From: Octopus vulgaris
Lineage: Eukaryota
Length of the DNA stretch: 64,000 nt
Assembly: GCA_951406725.2 (NCBI GenBank)
Contig: OX597817.1
Span: 104,966,001-105,030,000, forward strand
Direction of reading: 5' to 3'
The stretch's first letter is position 1. Every line of letters starts with the position of its first letter. The notes under the pieces are model-generated. The model searched no databases, was not told the origin of the DNA, and saw nothing but the letters and a program-made list of their open reading frames with translations. Made by a program: the position numbers and the translations under genes. This document shows, piece by piece, positions 38,314-51,060 of this stretch.

Positions 38314-38358
38314 CTCACACCGAAGACGGGAAACAACCCAGAAACTTAGGTTTGTGAG
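38314..38358 (+). ncRNA. Type I hammerhead-like motif, U4C variant
   Basis: CTCACA-CCGAAGA-C-GGG-aaacaa-CCC-A-GAAAC-TTAG-GTT|TGTGAG: 6-bp stem I. Confidence 0.65.
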
Positions 38359-38516
38359 TATCACGAAGGCTAGAGATGGGAGCGATAACCTCTCTTGCTC
38401 ATACTATACGGACACAAACTGTGTCAGTAGTAAGCCGGAAAAGATGTTTCTATGGGGCTAAACAGTAGTAACATCGTCCTGTGTAGGACTGCCACATTTT
38501 GTTGGCAAATAAACTT

Positions 38517-38561
<45 letters not shown>

Positions 38562-38626
38562 GGAGTAAACACATAAATGTGAAACAAGGTGGAAAAAAGA
38601 GTACTCAAATACCAGTGGTAGAGTAA

Positions 38627-38724
38627 TATGCTTTATTTTAAGCAGCAGAAAATTCAACAAAATCTGTTACTCTGAGAAACTCAGAGTAACAGATTTTGTT
38701 GCATTTTCTGCTGCTTTAAATAAA

Positions 38725-38728
<4 letters not shown>
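38627..38728. repeat. ~49-bp fold-back inverted repeat
   Basis: ...AAGCAGCAGAAAATTCAACAAAATCTGTTACTCTGAG-aaa-CTCAGAGTAACAGATTTTGTTGCATTTTCTGCTGCTT... Confidence 0.88.
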
Positions 38729-38766
<38 letters not shown>

Positions 38767-38807
38767 AATAGAAGTTGAAAATGCACTGAGAATAGTGAAA
38801 ATATTTG

Positions 38808-38852
38808 AAGCTTTAACCGGTTTTACATTTTACGCTGATTTTCAAAAAGTTT
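38808..38852 (-). ncRNA. Hammerhead-like motif, U3-A8 variant with G12A, in a Penelope pLTR
   Basis: AAACTTT-TTGAAAA-T-CA-gcgtaaaa-TG-T-AAAAC-CG-GTT|AAAGCTT; same variant pattern as 18266-18310. Confidence 0.55.
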
Positions 38853-40009
38853 AAATAGAACAACATGGCTTATGTCGCAGCTGTCTTGCTTCTGACTATT
38901 GTTTGAAGTTTAGCCTCTTTTTATAAGGAGTTCATGGCCAAATCAATATATGTTTTGAATAGGATTTGATTGATAGAGGATAGTCACATGACTGGTCTTA
39001 GAAATTTGTGTAGGTTCCCCGCTATGTCCGTGTATTAGTATCAAATGACTGTTTGGCGTCATAAGTTAAGGCTAATACGGTTGACTGAACAAGTCCAAAC
39101 AATCGATGCTCTGAATGTTTTCTGTCAAGTGTTTGTAGGGTATGGACACATGATTCAGTTTATAACTTTTGAACGTTTCCGCTTTGTCCGTGCGTTAGTG
39201 TCACGTGACAGTATATTTTGCGCCTAAAAAGAGGGCCGACACAGTTGAGTGAACATGTTTAGTTATAATCAAGACAGACCAAATTTAATCTGTCTAGTGG
39301 GAGAGTGGCCAGGAGTCGTTTGTATGTAGTGTAATGGTTAAAATTTAGGTTGCTAGCTGTGTAGCTTCTTCATGATAAGTGGCAGAATGAATTTTGTGTG
39401 TGAATAGATGTGTAAGTACTCTGTTAAAGTTTGTTAAGTCTTGGTTTGTATGAAAGTATTTTCTTTGTTCATCTGTACTTCATCTGTGGTATTCGCTGAA
39501 CATAGGTAGAGTGGGAAGACCTGGAATTTGGGGGACTTATTTTTTGCACATATGTCCATGTGACCATTCAGTGGGATCTGTCTAGTACTGGGGTCTCGTA
39601 TTTGTTGTCAGTGAATGGTTAGTCTATTTCTTAGAGTAAGCTTTGTTTGACCTATGTAATCTTAATTACATCCTTGACATTTGATAGCGTATATTAAATT
39701 CCTTGAAGAACATGTAAAATGATTTTTTACGGTAAAAGTCTGTCCTGATTTGAATTTGTATGTTGTGTCTTCAATAAGGTTGATGCAGGTCCCGCAATTG
39801 GGGCGGCCACACTTTTTGACTGTTGGTGTAGGAATTGCGGGAGGTAATTCAGCACTTGTGAGGAAATTTTTGAGGGACCTTGATTGTCTTTTACTTTTGA
39901 TTATTTTGTGTACTTCGAATACTTGTTTCATTCTTGGGTCTTGTTTTAGTGGTGGGTTGTTCTGGTGGAAAATATTGTAAACCTCTATGTTTCTTGGGTT
40001 GTGAGTTGT

Positions 40010-40325
40010 GTGAAGGCGCGTGGCATAGTGGTTAGGGCATTCAGCTCACAATCGTAAGGTCATGAGTTAAATTCCCGGCCACGCGTTGTGCCCTTCAGCA
40101 AGACACTTTATTTCACGTTGCACTCAGCTGGCAAAATGAGTAGTACCTGTATTTCAAAGGGCCGGCCTTGTCACACTGTGTGTCAAGCTGAATCTCCCCG
40201 AGAACTACGTTAAGGGTACACGTGTCTGTGGAGTGCTCAGCCACTTGCACGTTAATTTCACAAGCAAGCTGTTCCGTTGATCGTATCAGCTGGGACCCTC
40301 GTCGTCGTAACCCACGGAGTACTCC
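40010..40325 (+). mobile_element. tRNA-derived SINE family C inserted in Penelope
   Basis: Box A TGGCATAGTGG, box B-like GTTAAATTCC, CORE-like CCCTTCAGCAAGACACTT; ~10-bp TSD TGTGWGTTGT (40000-40009 and 40326-40335). Confidence 0.85.
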
Positions 40326-41313
40326 TGTGTGTTGTAATAAAAGGTAGACTATTGGATGTATCTGGAGCGTTTTTCGTAGTTCTTCGATATTTATTGCCTC
40401 GACACGTTCTATTTCGTTGTCTATTAGCATAAATGGATATTGTCTTTAAAGTAGTACTTGTTTTAGTTCCTGGAGTCTTTTATTGCGAGTTTCAGGCTTT
40501 GAGACAATTGTGCAGATTCTTCTTGCTAGATTAAAGGGGATATTATACTTCGTGTGTTTGGGATGGCATGAGGAGAATAGTAAGTATTGTTTAGAATCTG
40601 TTTGTTTGTAGTGAATATCTGTTTGAATGATCTTATCTCTTTTGATGATTAGTATATCCAGGAATGGTAGTTGAGTTTTACTGTATTCCATGGTAAGTTG
40701 ATATTATTGTTTATACTGTTGATTAGATTTTTGAAATCTATAAGTTGTTTAAATGTATTCGTCCATAGGATAAAGCAGTCATCTAAGTAACGTTTCCAGT
40801 TTTCTAGTAGATGTTTGTAGAAGTTCAAGCCATATATTAATTTAGATTATTCATATACCTGAACCTCCATGTATGCCATGGCTAGATTAGTGTACGTCGG
40901 AGCAACTTTTGTTCACATCCCAGTCCCAGATATTTGATTTTAGATATTTCCATTGAAGTCAAAAAAGTTATTTTAGAAGATAAACTTTAATCCTTCAGTG
41001 ATGAAACTTTTTTCAATACTGTCCACAATTTCATGAGGGAACTTTTCAAGCCAAAAATTTATTGCCTCTAGTCCATATTGGTGTGGGATTGTGATATATA
41101 GGTTTACCACATCAAAAGATACAATAGTGGTATCATTGTTTATGGATTTTGGGAGGTAATTTAACAGGTCCAGGTCGTCCCTCACAAGACTTGGCATGTA
41201 TTTTAAAATAGGTTTCAGCAATATATCTAAAAAGTTGCTCAGTCCGTGTGTTAAGAGTTCGGGCCTGCTACGATTTGTCTAAATTTAAGTTCGGTGGGAT
41301 ATTTTATGTTTAT

Positions 41314-41359
<46 letters not shown>

Positions 41360-41423
41360 GGTGAATAAATCATAAATCCGAAAGAGAAGCGCATTCTAAG
41401 TTATAGAGCAGTAGATTATAACG

Positions 41424-41496
41424 GGTTTAGGGTCTGAAGAAATGCTGTAAAGCTAAGCGCTTTATGGACGTGAAATCAAGGATAATCCCATAAACC
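41424..41496 (+). ncRNA. Type I hammerhead with extended stems
   Basis: GGTTTA-GGGT-CTGAAGA-A-ATG-CTGTAAAGC...GCTTTATGG-A-CGT-GAA-ATC-aag-GAT-A|ATCC-ca-TAAACC. Confidence 0.72.
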
Positions 41497-41677
41497 GGTC
41501 ATATCTATCTTTATCTCTCTCTCCCCTCTTTCTCTCTGTATATATATATATTCTTTGTTTTGTTTCTCCACCCATTCTCCTCTCTTTACCTATATTTTAC
41601 CTTTGTTTATTCCGGTTTTTTTCGCTCCCAATGAAATAAAAAAAAACCTCTTTTTATTTAGAATTTTCAGTATTATC

Positions 41678-43660
41678 TTATTTCTTTACTACCCACAAGG
41701 GGCTAAACATAGAGAGGACAAATAAGGACAGACAAACGGATTAAGTCGTTTACATCGACCCCAGTGCGTAACTGGTACTTAATTTATCGACCCCGAAAGG
41801 ATGAAAGGCAAAGTCGCCCGGCGTGCTAAAGATTATGCCAGTTTGCCGATCAATGGTTGATTACATAAACCATCAGTCGAAAATTAAAGTTCCTATCAAA
41901 ACGAATTTTATTATAATTGTGGCTTTTAGTATGGCGTCTTGCTATCGGTAAATGCTCTATTATTATTCTTAGAATCGATTTCAAATAATCATTTCTACTA
42001 TAGGCACAAAACCTGAACTTTTGGGGATAGAAGGTTAATCAATTACATTAACCTCAGTGCTTTGGTGGTACTTATTTAATCGACTCCGAAAGGTTGAAAG
42101 GAAATGTCGACGTCGGTAGCATTTGAACTCAGAACGTAAAACCGAAAGAAATGCCTATTTCTTTACTATCCACAATGGGCTAAACACGGAGGGGACAAAC
42201 AAGGATAGACAAACGGATTAAGTCGAGTATATCGACCCCAGTGCGTAACTGGTACTTATTTAATCGACCCCGAAAGGATGAAAGGCAAAGTCGACCTCGG
42301 CGGAATTTGAACTCAGAACGTAACGGCAGACGAAGTACCTATTTCTTTACTACCCACAAGGGGCTAATCACAGAGAGGACAAACAAGGACAGACAAACGG
42401 ATTAAGTCGATTATATCGACCCCAATGCGTAACTGGTACTTAATTTATCGACCCCGAAAGGATGAAAGGCAAAGTCGACCTCGGCGGAATTTGAACTCAG
42501 AACGTAACGGCAGACGAAACACCGCTAAGCATTTCACCCGGCGTGCTAACGATTCTGCTAGCTCGCCGTCTTGAATTATTTAAAACTAATAACCATAAAC
42601 ACGCGCTCACACACACACTCACACACACACAAATAGACGGACTGAATTTTTGATTTGAATTTCTCAAAAATGTAGGTTATTGTTGCTAAGCCCAAATGTA
42701 ACTCTGACTGAACAGTTAGTTGTTTTATTGTTAAAAAACGAAAACAAAATAATATAGGAAGCGAAAAATATTTTGACCTTGCTCATCTGGTATTTTTAAT
42801 TCGGTCATAGTGTATCGTGTCAGTGAACCTATGTTTTTTAAGACAATATGATGTAATTTATCTATTATTTCGCGTCATCATTGAACAGTATAATAGCAGC
42901 CGTATTTTAAAGAGAGAAAATATAAACAACGGTAAGAGAGGGTCTCTTGCTATTACACATCTTAGTTAAAACATACAATATTACGAATACTACAAAAGCA
43001 GCGAGCTAACGGAATCGTGAGCACGCCCGGCAAAACGCTTATCGGCATTACGTCCGTCTTTACGTTCCGAGTTCAAATACCGCCGTGAACACTGGGTCAA
43101 TTTAATCGACTTAACCCCTCCCCCAAACCTGCTGGCCTTGTGCCAAAATTTGAAATCAATATTATGAATAGTACATTTTAAAAATTATATTATTTTATAT
43201 TTAGTAAGAAATAATGACTCCTGATTTAGTTTGGTTCAAGGCCAACAATTTGAGGGAGGGTTTAATCAATGCCATCAAAATAAGGACTTGACTGCTACAT
43301 TATTTTTTTTATCAATCTCTGAAAATGTAAGAAGCGAAGTCGTATTCGGTATGATTTGAACTCAGAACGTAGAGCGGTACACTAAATATCGCTAGGCATT
43401 GCCCAGTGTCTAACGATTCTTCCATCTCTCCACTCCTTATTTGGTAAGAAATAATTATTTCTACTCTAGGCGCAAGGCCTTGAAAATTTTGGTGGAAGGG
43501 AGCTAGTCGATTATATCGACCCCTAGTGTGTAAGTGATACTTATTTCATCGACTCTGAAAAGATGAAAGGCAAAGTTAACTTCGGCAGAATTTGAACTCA
43601 GAACGCAACGGCAGACGAAATATCACTAAACATTTCGCCACGCGTGCTAACGATTCGGCT
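41678..43660 (-). mobile_element. Cluster of SINE family B copies, including a head-to-tail tandem array (41990-42570)
   Basis: Repeated CTATTTCTTTACTACCCACAAGGGGCTAA...GAAAGGCAAAGTCGACCTCGGCGGAATTTGAACTCAGAACG units; one plus-strand copy at ~42998-43160. Confidence 0.87.
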
Positions 43661-44630
43661 TCTATTTGATAAGAAATAATTAACTAGTAAGGTGTACTAG
43701 CCATCTGAATGTGGCTAGCCACTGGGGGTGGGGTGTTACTGATGCTTTTAGCCCCAGGCGATCAACGTCACCAGATGGACTTTAGACACAATCTCAGTGC
43801 CCTTGTGTTATTTGCAAAGGGAGGTCATCCTCCCTCGAAAACCTAAGTACTACATACGGACTATAGTTTCAAGGTAATTGTCTCTCGTCAACGCATGGTA
43901 AGCACCGGTTTTCGATGAAGGAGACCCCTTGCAAATAATATTTAACGTTTTTCACAGCAACCACTGTCACTGATTGAGAAAAACTGTCTGAAAGCAATAA
44001 TAAATCTCTGAACTGGTGATTAAACTGGACCCCTAATGGGATCGGCCAATGAGGAGGGTGTGTGGATACTCAACAGGAACAAACAACAAAATCTGTCGAA
44101 GATGGATGAGCTCCTGGAGAACCAACGACACCCATATTCTGATAGGTGTCACTAGGATTACTAACTTCAATAAAACAGTTGGCTGGAACTGACAGTACTG
44201 TTTGATTCTATACCGAACTAGTCGAAACCCTGGGCTGAGAGGGGCGGAACAGGCTGGTAAAAAATTCCAGTTACCCGATGCTATGGGAACGATATGGTCC
44301 ATCTTTTTTTGTAGCTTTGTTATTCGCTTTGTTTGGAACGTTTATCATAACAGGTATACCATAGAGTCTATACTGATTACTTTTCCAGATGAAGAATACG
44401 TTTTGTTTTATTTGTTTATTCAGTTCGTTTAGAGCATATATAGTATTGATAATAAAATATAATTGTCGATGCCCACAGAAGTGCTGTCTCCTTAGTTTGC
44501 CTCTCTAAGTGAATTAAATCTGTATATAAATTTTCCACTGGTGATTCAAATGTTGTCTAATCATGTGATAAAAAGCAGTAAGAAACAAAAATGAAAAACG
44601 ATGCAAGATTTTTTCTAAGGGCGCTTATTT

Positions 44631-44632
<2 letters not shown>

Positions 44633-44701
<69 letters not shown>
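44633..44701. repeat. (TG)n microsatellite
   Basis: Perfect run. Confidence 0.96.
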
Positions 44702-44705
<4 letters not shown>

Positions 44706-45394
44706 CATGCAAGCACGCACACACAGTGATGAAATCAGAGTTCATCGGTGCACCGAATTTTATCTAGTGGAGCCAGTCAGTTTAAATAAGATCAGTCTCA
44801 GGTAGGTTAGGTACTGACTACAGAACCAAACGCACATCAGTCCCTGTTCAAGGATAACGGACCAGATTTAGATTCTTGCATCATTTGTTTCATTTGTTGT
44901 GACACTGATAAACATTCCATGGGTCTTGTAAGTGAACTGATGATAGATGAGGAATTTGCGATATTCTCATTAGACTTTTTCTTTAACTTTATGTCATTCG
45001 TGTCTAACTTTATATACACGAGTATAGCGCAAAATACAGGAAATCTTTGAAGAACAGAATTGTCTATTATCATTGTTCACTCTGAGAAATTAGTCATACT
45101 AGCAATTAGGTCAGAATTTGGGTCTAGTACATAAACACAAAAGATGCCTCTCCACCTTGCATAGATAATGGCTTCAAAATTGATAAAAACATATGGATGA
45201 CAATAACTTCTGACAGTTTTCTGAAGTAGATGCTACTGCTTTCTTGTTTTTTATCACCAGGAAATGAAATACTAATGAGGCCGCAACACGTGATTATACT
45301 AATGTATGTAATGACATATAAGACTCACAATTTCCTCCTCGGAATGTCAAACAAATAAAAAAAAAAAAAAAAAAAAAAAAAAGAAACCACACGG

Positions 45395-45595
45395 GGTTTC
45401 AAATTTTGGTACAAGGCCAATTATTGCAGGGGAGATGCTAAGTCGATTACATCGACGCCAGTGCTCAACTGGTACTTATTTTATCGACCACGGAAGGTAA
45501 AGTTGATCTTGGCGGAATTTGAACTCGGAACGTAAAGACGGTCGAAATGCCGATAAGCATTTTGCCTGGCGCAGTAACGATTCTGCCAGCTCACT
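45395..45595 (-). mobile_element. SINE family B
   Basis: GGCGGAATTTGAACTCGGAACG...AACGATTCTGCCAGCTC. Confidence 0.8.
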
Positions 45596-45856
45596 GTCAT
45601 AAGATGGGCCAATATCACGTGCTATAATGCACTAAAAGCTTTTCTCTGAACAGGTGCTACTGAAGTTGGTATATGCATTTATGTATTTGTTATTGATGGC
45701 TCGGCAAATATAAACATAATTTCATGCTTTCATGTGGAGTTTCAGTGTGGCTTGGTACGGATTACCCCTAATTATGTATGTATTTCAATTACTGATGTAA
45801 CGAACAGAGCTCCCGAATGGATTATGTTCGTATAGAGACACACCACTGTGTATATG

Positions 45857-45947
<91 letters not shown>

Positions 45948-46128
45948 GTGTGTGTGTGTTTGTGTGTGTGTCTGTGTGTCTGTGTGTATGTAAGTAAGTA
46001 TGTGTGTATGTGGGCTCCCATAACGCGCCTACGAAACTTGTTGCATAGGGCTGAATCAAACTTTTTAATAAAAAATATGTGTAACTCCTATTAAATATGT
46101 CGAGTGTCTCTTTCGTTTGTTCACTCGA

Positions 46129-46174
<46 letters not shown>

Positions 46175-46269
46175 ATTACATGTAAACCCCCACACTTTAT
46201 GTCTTTGTAGTGTCCCCCTCACCTTCACTCTGGTAGCAAATAAAAGAAATCATTAATGGGGAGTAACCC

Positions 46270-46366
<97 letters not shown>

Positions 46367-46908
46367 GAGTGAGGAAGCAGCGCATGCCATCAAAATGACT
46401 CTGAAGTACAAATATACGTAGCTCAATATACCCATCAGGACTACTCGATACACCAGGCATATGTATCACAACCATGTGTGCGACATGGCGATCTCATATC
46501 AAGTTAAACAGCACATGAACTTGCAGGTGGAGCCCAGTTAGAATTCTTTTCAAGTCGAGCAGCCTATCCCGCTCAAAAATTCCCCAAATAAGGTTTATTT
46601 TAAGGATGATGAACAAAACACCCATATTTCCAGAGGTGAATTATTCAAACCCCAAAGCATTCCCTCAACACATGGTTATGATGCTCCCCCACTACTTCTG
46701 CTTGTGATCAGAGATGCACATATCGTCAGCCACTAAGGGACATACTTAACTGGTTAAGGTCAAACAACCGATAAGAAAATCTATGGTATTGAGCAGAATA
46801 TTTACTGTAGCCCATCTTTTATACTAAGACAAAACAATGTACACAGTAACACTTCCAATCAGTTAAGATAAGAAGCTATGAGAGCCACGGTCTGGTACTA
46901 CATCAGGG

Positions 46909-46909
<1 letters not shown>
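46367..46909 (-). mobile_element. ~550-bp non-coding element embedded in (TAA)n, copy 1
   Basis: Flanked by (ATT)n 46271-46366 and 46910-46990; colinear with copy 2 and with the same termini. Strand inferred. Confidence 0.85.
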
Positions 46910-46988
<79 letters not shown>

Positions 46989-46990
46989 TT

Positions 46991-47543
46991 GAGTGAGAGA
47001 GCAGTGCATGCCATCAAAGTGACACTGGAGTAAAATATACGAAGCCCAGTATACCCATCATGACTACCCATATGATAAGGGTACACCAGGTACATGCATC
47101 ACAACCATATGTGCGCGAAATGGTGATCTCATATCAAGATAAACAGCGCATGACCTTGCAGGTGGGGCTCAGTTAGAATTTTCTTCTGGTCGAGTAGCCC
47201 ATCCCGCTCAAAAGGTCCCTGAATAAGTATTGTTTAAGGATGTTGAACGAACTACCTATGTTTCTAAAGGTGAATTATCCAAACCTCTAAGAATTCCTTT
47301 CAACATACAGCTATGATGCTCCCCAACTACTTCTGCTCATGATCAGAGATGCACATATCGTCAGCCACTTAGGGGCATGCTCAACTCGTAAAGGTCAAAC
47401 AACTGACAAGCAAATCTGTGGTATTGAGCAGAATATTTGCTGTAGCCCATCTTTTATACCAAGACAAAACAATGTACATGATAACACTTCCAATCAGTTG
47501 AGATCAGAAGCTATGAGAGCTACTGCCTAGTACTACATCTGGG

Positions 47544-47544
<1 letters not shown>
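46991..47544 (-). mobile_element. ~550-bp non-coding element embedded in (TAA)n, copy 2
   Basis: Begins GAGTGAG and ends ...TACTACATCTGGGC on the + strand, followed by (ATT)n 47545-47627. Confidence 0.85.
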
Positions 47545-47627
<83 letters not shown>

Positions 47628-48865
47628 TTAAATCAGTTTGATATGGTTCCATGTCACTTATATATATGCGTGTGTATATGTATGCGTGTGTATATGTATG
47701 CGCGTGTATACGTCTCCTTATATTCAAATTGGTTGATTATTGGTGTTTGCTGTATATTGCTATGTTATGTCTGAATGTAGATAACAGCAACGATGAAGAA
47801 TTACATAATATAATGTCTGGGGCTGTTAGAAGCTCTGATTCGTGAATCTTAATTTTTTTTTTCTTTTGGTTGCTCACATTATGTGTCATCTTTTACATTA
47901 ACATCACAAAACTAACGATTGTTGTCACACCTAGACACTGTGCCTGCAACTGTGTCTCTTGAGATTTTCGATCAATAACCCTCGCTCTTCGATTACAAAC
48001 GCGCAGTCTTTTCAAAACGAATAATGATACAGTAGTTATAGCAGCCGAAGATTATTAGGTCTGCTGTTCTATCTTACAACCAATTTATAATTTAAAAGCT
48101 ATATAATCATTCATTCAGCTAACATTGTATTTATATTTTGTCATCACATAATTATTTCTAATTAGATTTTTGATGCCTACTACATTAAATATGTTAACAC
48201 TGTCTTAACTACTCATAGCTTTATAATGATATGAAGAGATATTTTCCAGTACATTTTTGTTGTGGTAAAATTGTCCAGGCTTACATTTGTAGTTGATTTT
48301 TCGATGAATACGAATTTTGGTATTTCTCGAAGAATTCCATAGCAACTACCTAGAAATGTAGTTTTAGGGTATTTGCCTCGGGGTCCAACGAGTCCAGAGA
48401 CCCAATGCTAACCAATGTATGCTGTCCTACTGTATGTATTAGGTTTTCAGATAAACTCATAGACCCGTCACCAGACTTTGGTGCGAAGGGGTGCTTCAGA
48501 ATATTCTGGGTAGACACTAATTTGTAATAATGCTAAAGTAGAGTTTCGAAAACTAAGTGAATCACTGTAAATCTGAGAGTGCATCATTGAATAGTGAGGA
48601 GGCAGTGTCGTCCAATGTACCCCCTTATCGATGGGCATGTTAGTCATACTTCAAGAAATGTATTGCTGAAAGATTTTTGTAAACTATATTTTCTAAATCT
48701 GGAGTGCACCATTGAATAGTAAGAATCCAGTGCCGTTCAGTGCTCCCACCACCTTAGTGACGGACATGTAAACTCATTTGTTTTACCTCCTTGGCACTCC
48801 ATCATCATTTATCTGAAAAGAGGTAAAAGGTTCACAAATTTTCAAAGACCGATAAGCAAATGTTA

Positions 48866-49099
48866 GTTACCTTCTTGAGTCATACTGACTCATAAGGACC
48901 GGTTTCCCGGTTTTCATGGCGTATAGATCCGCACCTGGACGGGACGCCAGCCCGTCGCAGGATTACTCCCTTTTGCCAGCTGAACGGACTGGAGCAGCAT
49001 GAAATGAAGTGCTTTGCTCAAGAACACAACGCGTCCAGGAATCGAAACCATCTTACAATCATGAGTCCAATATCCTAATCATTAAGCCACGCGCCTCCA
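48866..49099 (-). mobile_element. tRNA-derived SINE family D
   Basis: Minus head GGAGGCGCGTGGCTTAATG...GTTTCGATTCC; body GGCGTCCCGTCCAGGTG...ACCGGGAAACCGG shared with 60815-61070. Confidence 0.78.
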
Positions 49100-49120
49100 C
49101 TGTAAACAAATGTTGTAGAG

Positions 49121-49460
49121 CAGTGGTTCTCAACCGTGGTCCATATGACCTCAGAGGGTCCATAAAATAGTTTTGGGGGATCCATGCAAGCAAAACTGTA
49201 AATTAGGGATCTACAACAGTTTATTAAGAGTCCATGAAAAAGTTTTGCTGTAGATTGCAAGCCACAGCTAAGTTACTTTCTCTTACATTTCTGTGGTTCA
49301 ACAAATACAAGTTAATGTGTGAGTAGCAAAATAGGAATTTTGAAAGAAGTTTCTACAAAACTAGTTTTTAAGCATCGCATAGCTAGGGGGAGGGGGGCAC
49401 CAGAATAGAATAGTAATCAAAGGGGTCCATAGATAAAAAAGAAAAGGTTGTGAACCCCTA
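49121..49460. mobile_element. hAT (Charlie-type) MITE with 8-bp TSD
   Basis: TIRs CAGTGGTTCTCAACC / GGTTGTGAACCCCTA; perfect TSD TTGTAGAG at 49113-49120 and 49461-49468. Confidence 0.9.
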
Positions 49461-49912
49461 TTGTAGAGGAAGAATAGAGATACGGAAACCCATAACACAC
49501 TACATTGGAATAAAATATAATAAACGGCAAAAAAAAAAAGGAATTTATCTGACAGCCCGATAGTTCCCAATACATTGCTTAACCCGGCGCGTACAATTCT
49601 GTTAAGACGGATCTACTCCCAAGATAATGTGTTTGTGTACGAACGCCTAATCTACGAGTCTATTATTTCAGTGTCTGATGTTCAGAAAGTGTTGATACAA
49701 TGCAAGAATTTAACTGCTAAGTCGCTGGTCAATGTCATTTATGGTAGTTAAGAGGTTATTATGTTTTACTGTTAGTGTCTCGGATGTCTTCGAGTAATCA
49801 GTGCAAATGCTTATTTTCAAACTGATGTTACAAATGCATTAGATTTTATTGCTATGGTTTCTATTTTTTGGGTGGGTGAATGGGTGGTTATTTCCTAATC
49901 TTGGATGCATTA

Positions 49913-50183
49913 TCTCTTATTATAAAAGGCAGATTTTATCTGCCTCCCTTTGGGAGTTATACAAATCTACAATATAGGATTTCTTCAATTACAATTTACC
50001 TAGCAGTTTTAAGAGTACAATGCATCGCGTCATGCCAGGTCCAGTTTTTAAAATTTAAAATCCAATTAAGCAAAATTTACAGAAAACTCACATTCTGGTG
50101 TGTGTGTCAAATGCTTTTCTTAGTCTGGTTTACACCACACGCAAACGCACACACACAGTGGGCAACGAATAAAATGATAGTAA
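49913..50183 (+). mobile_element. Helitron-like 5' end (A|TC start), duplicate of 51900-52170
   Basis: TCTCTTATTATAAAAGGCAG...; ~270 bp nearly identical to 51900-52170. Confidence 0.65.
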
Positions 50184-50430
50184 TTCACTTACTGTAGTGA
50201 GTGATTCTTTCACTCTGCCTCCCACTTCCTCTTTCAACACATAGACACGCAAATATATAAATAAAATTGTAAGCTAACGTGCGTGTGTGTGAGTGTGTGT
50301 GTGTGTGTGTGTGCGCGTGTGTGTGTGTGTGTGTGTGTGAGGGTGCGTGTGTGTGTGTGTGTGTGTGCGTGAGTGTGTGACAGGAAAGTTTTTTACGACG
50401 AATATAACACCTATATCCAAGTAGCAGAAA

Positions 50431-50697
50431 GATAAGACAGTAAGGAGTGATTTGAGGGAGATTTGGCTGCTATTTCTACCATGTCTAGCTGCCATGTAGG
50501 GGTCTCCCTCATAGGCTCATACATACATATATACATAGATAAGACAGTAAGGTGTGATTTGGGGGAAATTTGGCTGCTATTTCTACCAGGTCTAGCTACC
50601 ATGTAGAGGTCCCCCTCATTGGCTCATATATATATACATACATAAGACAGCAAGGTGTGATTTGAGGGAGATTTGGCTGCTGTTTCTACCAGGTCTG
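50431..50697. repeat. ~105-bp tandem repeat x2.5
   Basis: ATAAGACAGYAAGGWGTGATTTG...TTTGGCTGCT...TTCTACCA at ~50431, 50538 and 50642. Confidence 0.85.
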
Positions 50698-51060
50698 TTA
50701 GGCCTTCTCATGTAAACTCAAGCTTTCTCATGCCTTGAACATAAGACCAAAGCAGAGAATGTATTCTTTTATTCTTCTGCTTTTTCCAGCCATTGGTCTG
50801 TGGCCATGCTGGGGCAATGCCTTGAAGAATTGTAGTTTAATGAATCAACTCCAGTTTTATTTTTGTAAGCATTGTACTTATTCTATCTGTTTCCTTTGTC
50901 AAACCACTAGGTGACAGGGATGTAAACAAACCAACATTCGTTGTCAAGCAGTGGTGGAGGACAATCACAAGCACAGATACGCACACACACACACATACAT
51001 GCAGACACATATACACACATACATACATACATACATATATATATATGTGTGTATATATAT

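Larger units (their letters stand above)
38765..41300 (-). mobile_element. Penelope-like element (RT + GIY-YIG + pLTR), decayed, with SINE insertion
   Basis: SFDVVNLYITIP, RYLDDCFILW, LPFLDILI, HYKQTDSKQYLLFSSCHPKH, CGRPNCGTC, NLIYAIKC..*DYIGQT; HHR-like motif at 38808-38852. Confidence 0.9.

Noticed and set aside
40015-40085. tRNA-like sequence
   Set aside because: SINE head with body and TSD; no full cloverleaf, so not a tRNA gene.
44837-45073. 78-aa ORF in non-repetitive sequence
   Set aside because: No motif or exon boundaries I can support.
46253-47727. Poly-Asn ORFs
   Set aside because: (AAT)n microsatellite translations.
50431-50697. Repeat-spacer-like pattern (CRISPR?)
   Set aside because: Inter-repeat segments are homologous, the context is eukaryotic and there are no cas genes: an ordinary tandem duplication.
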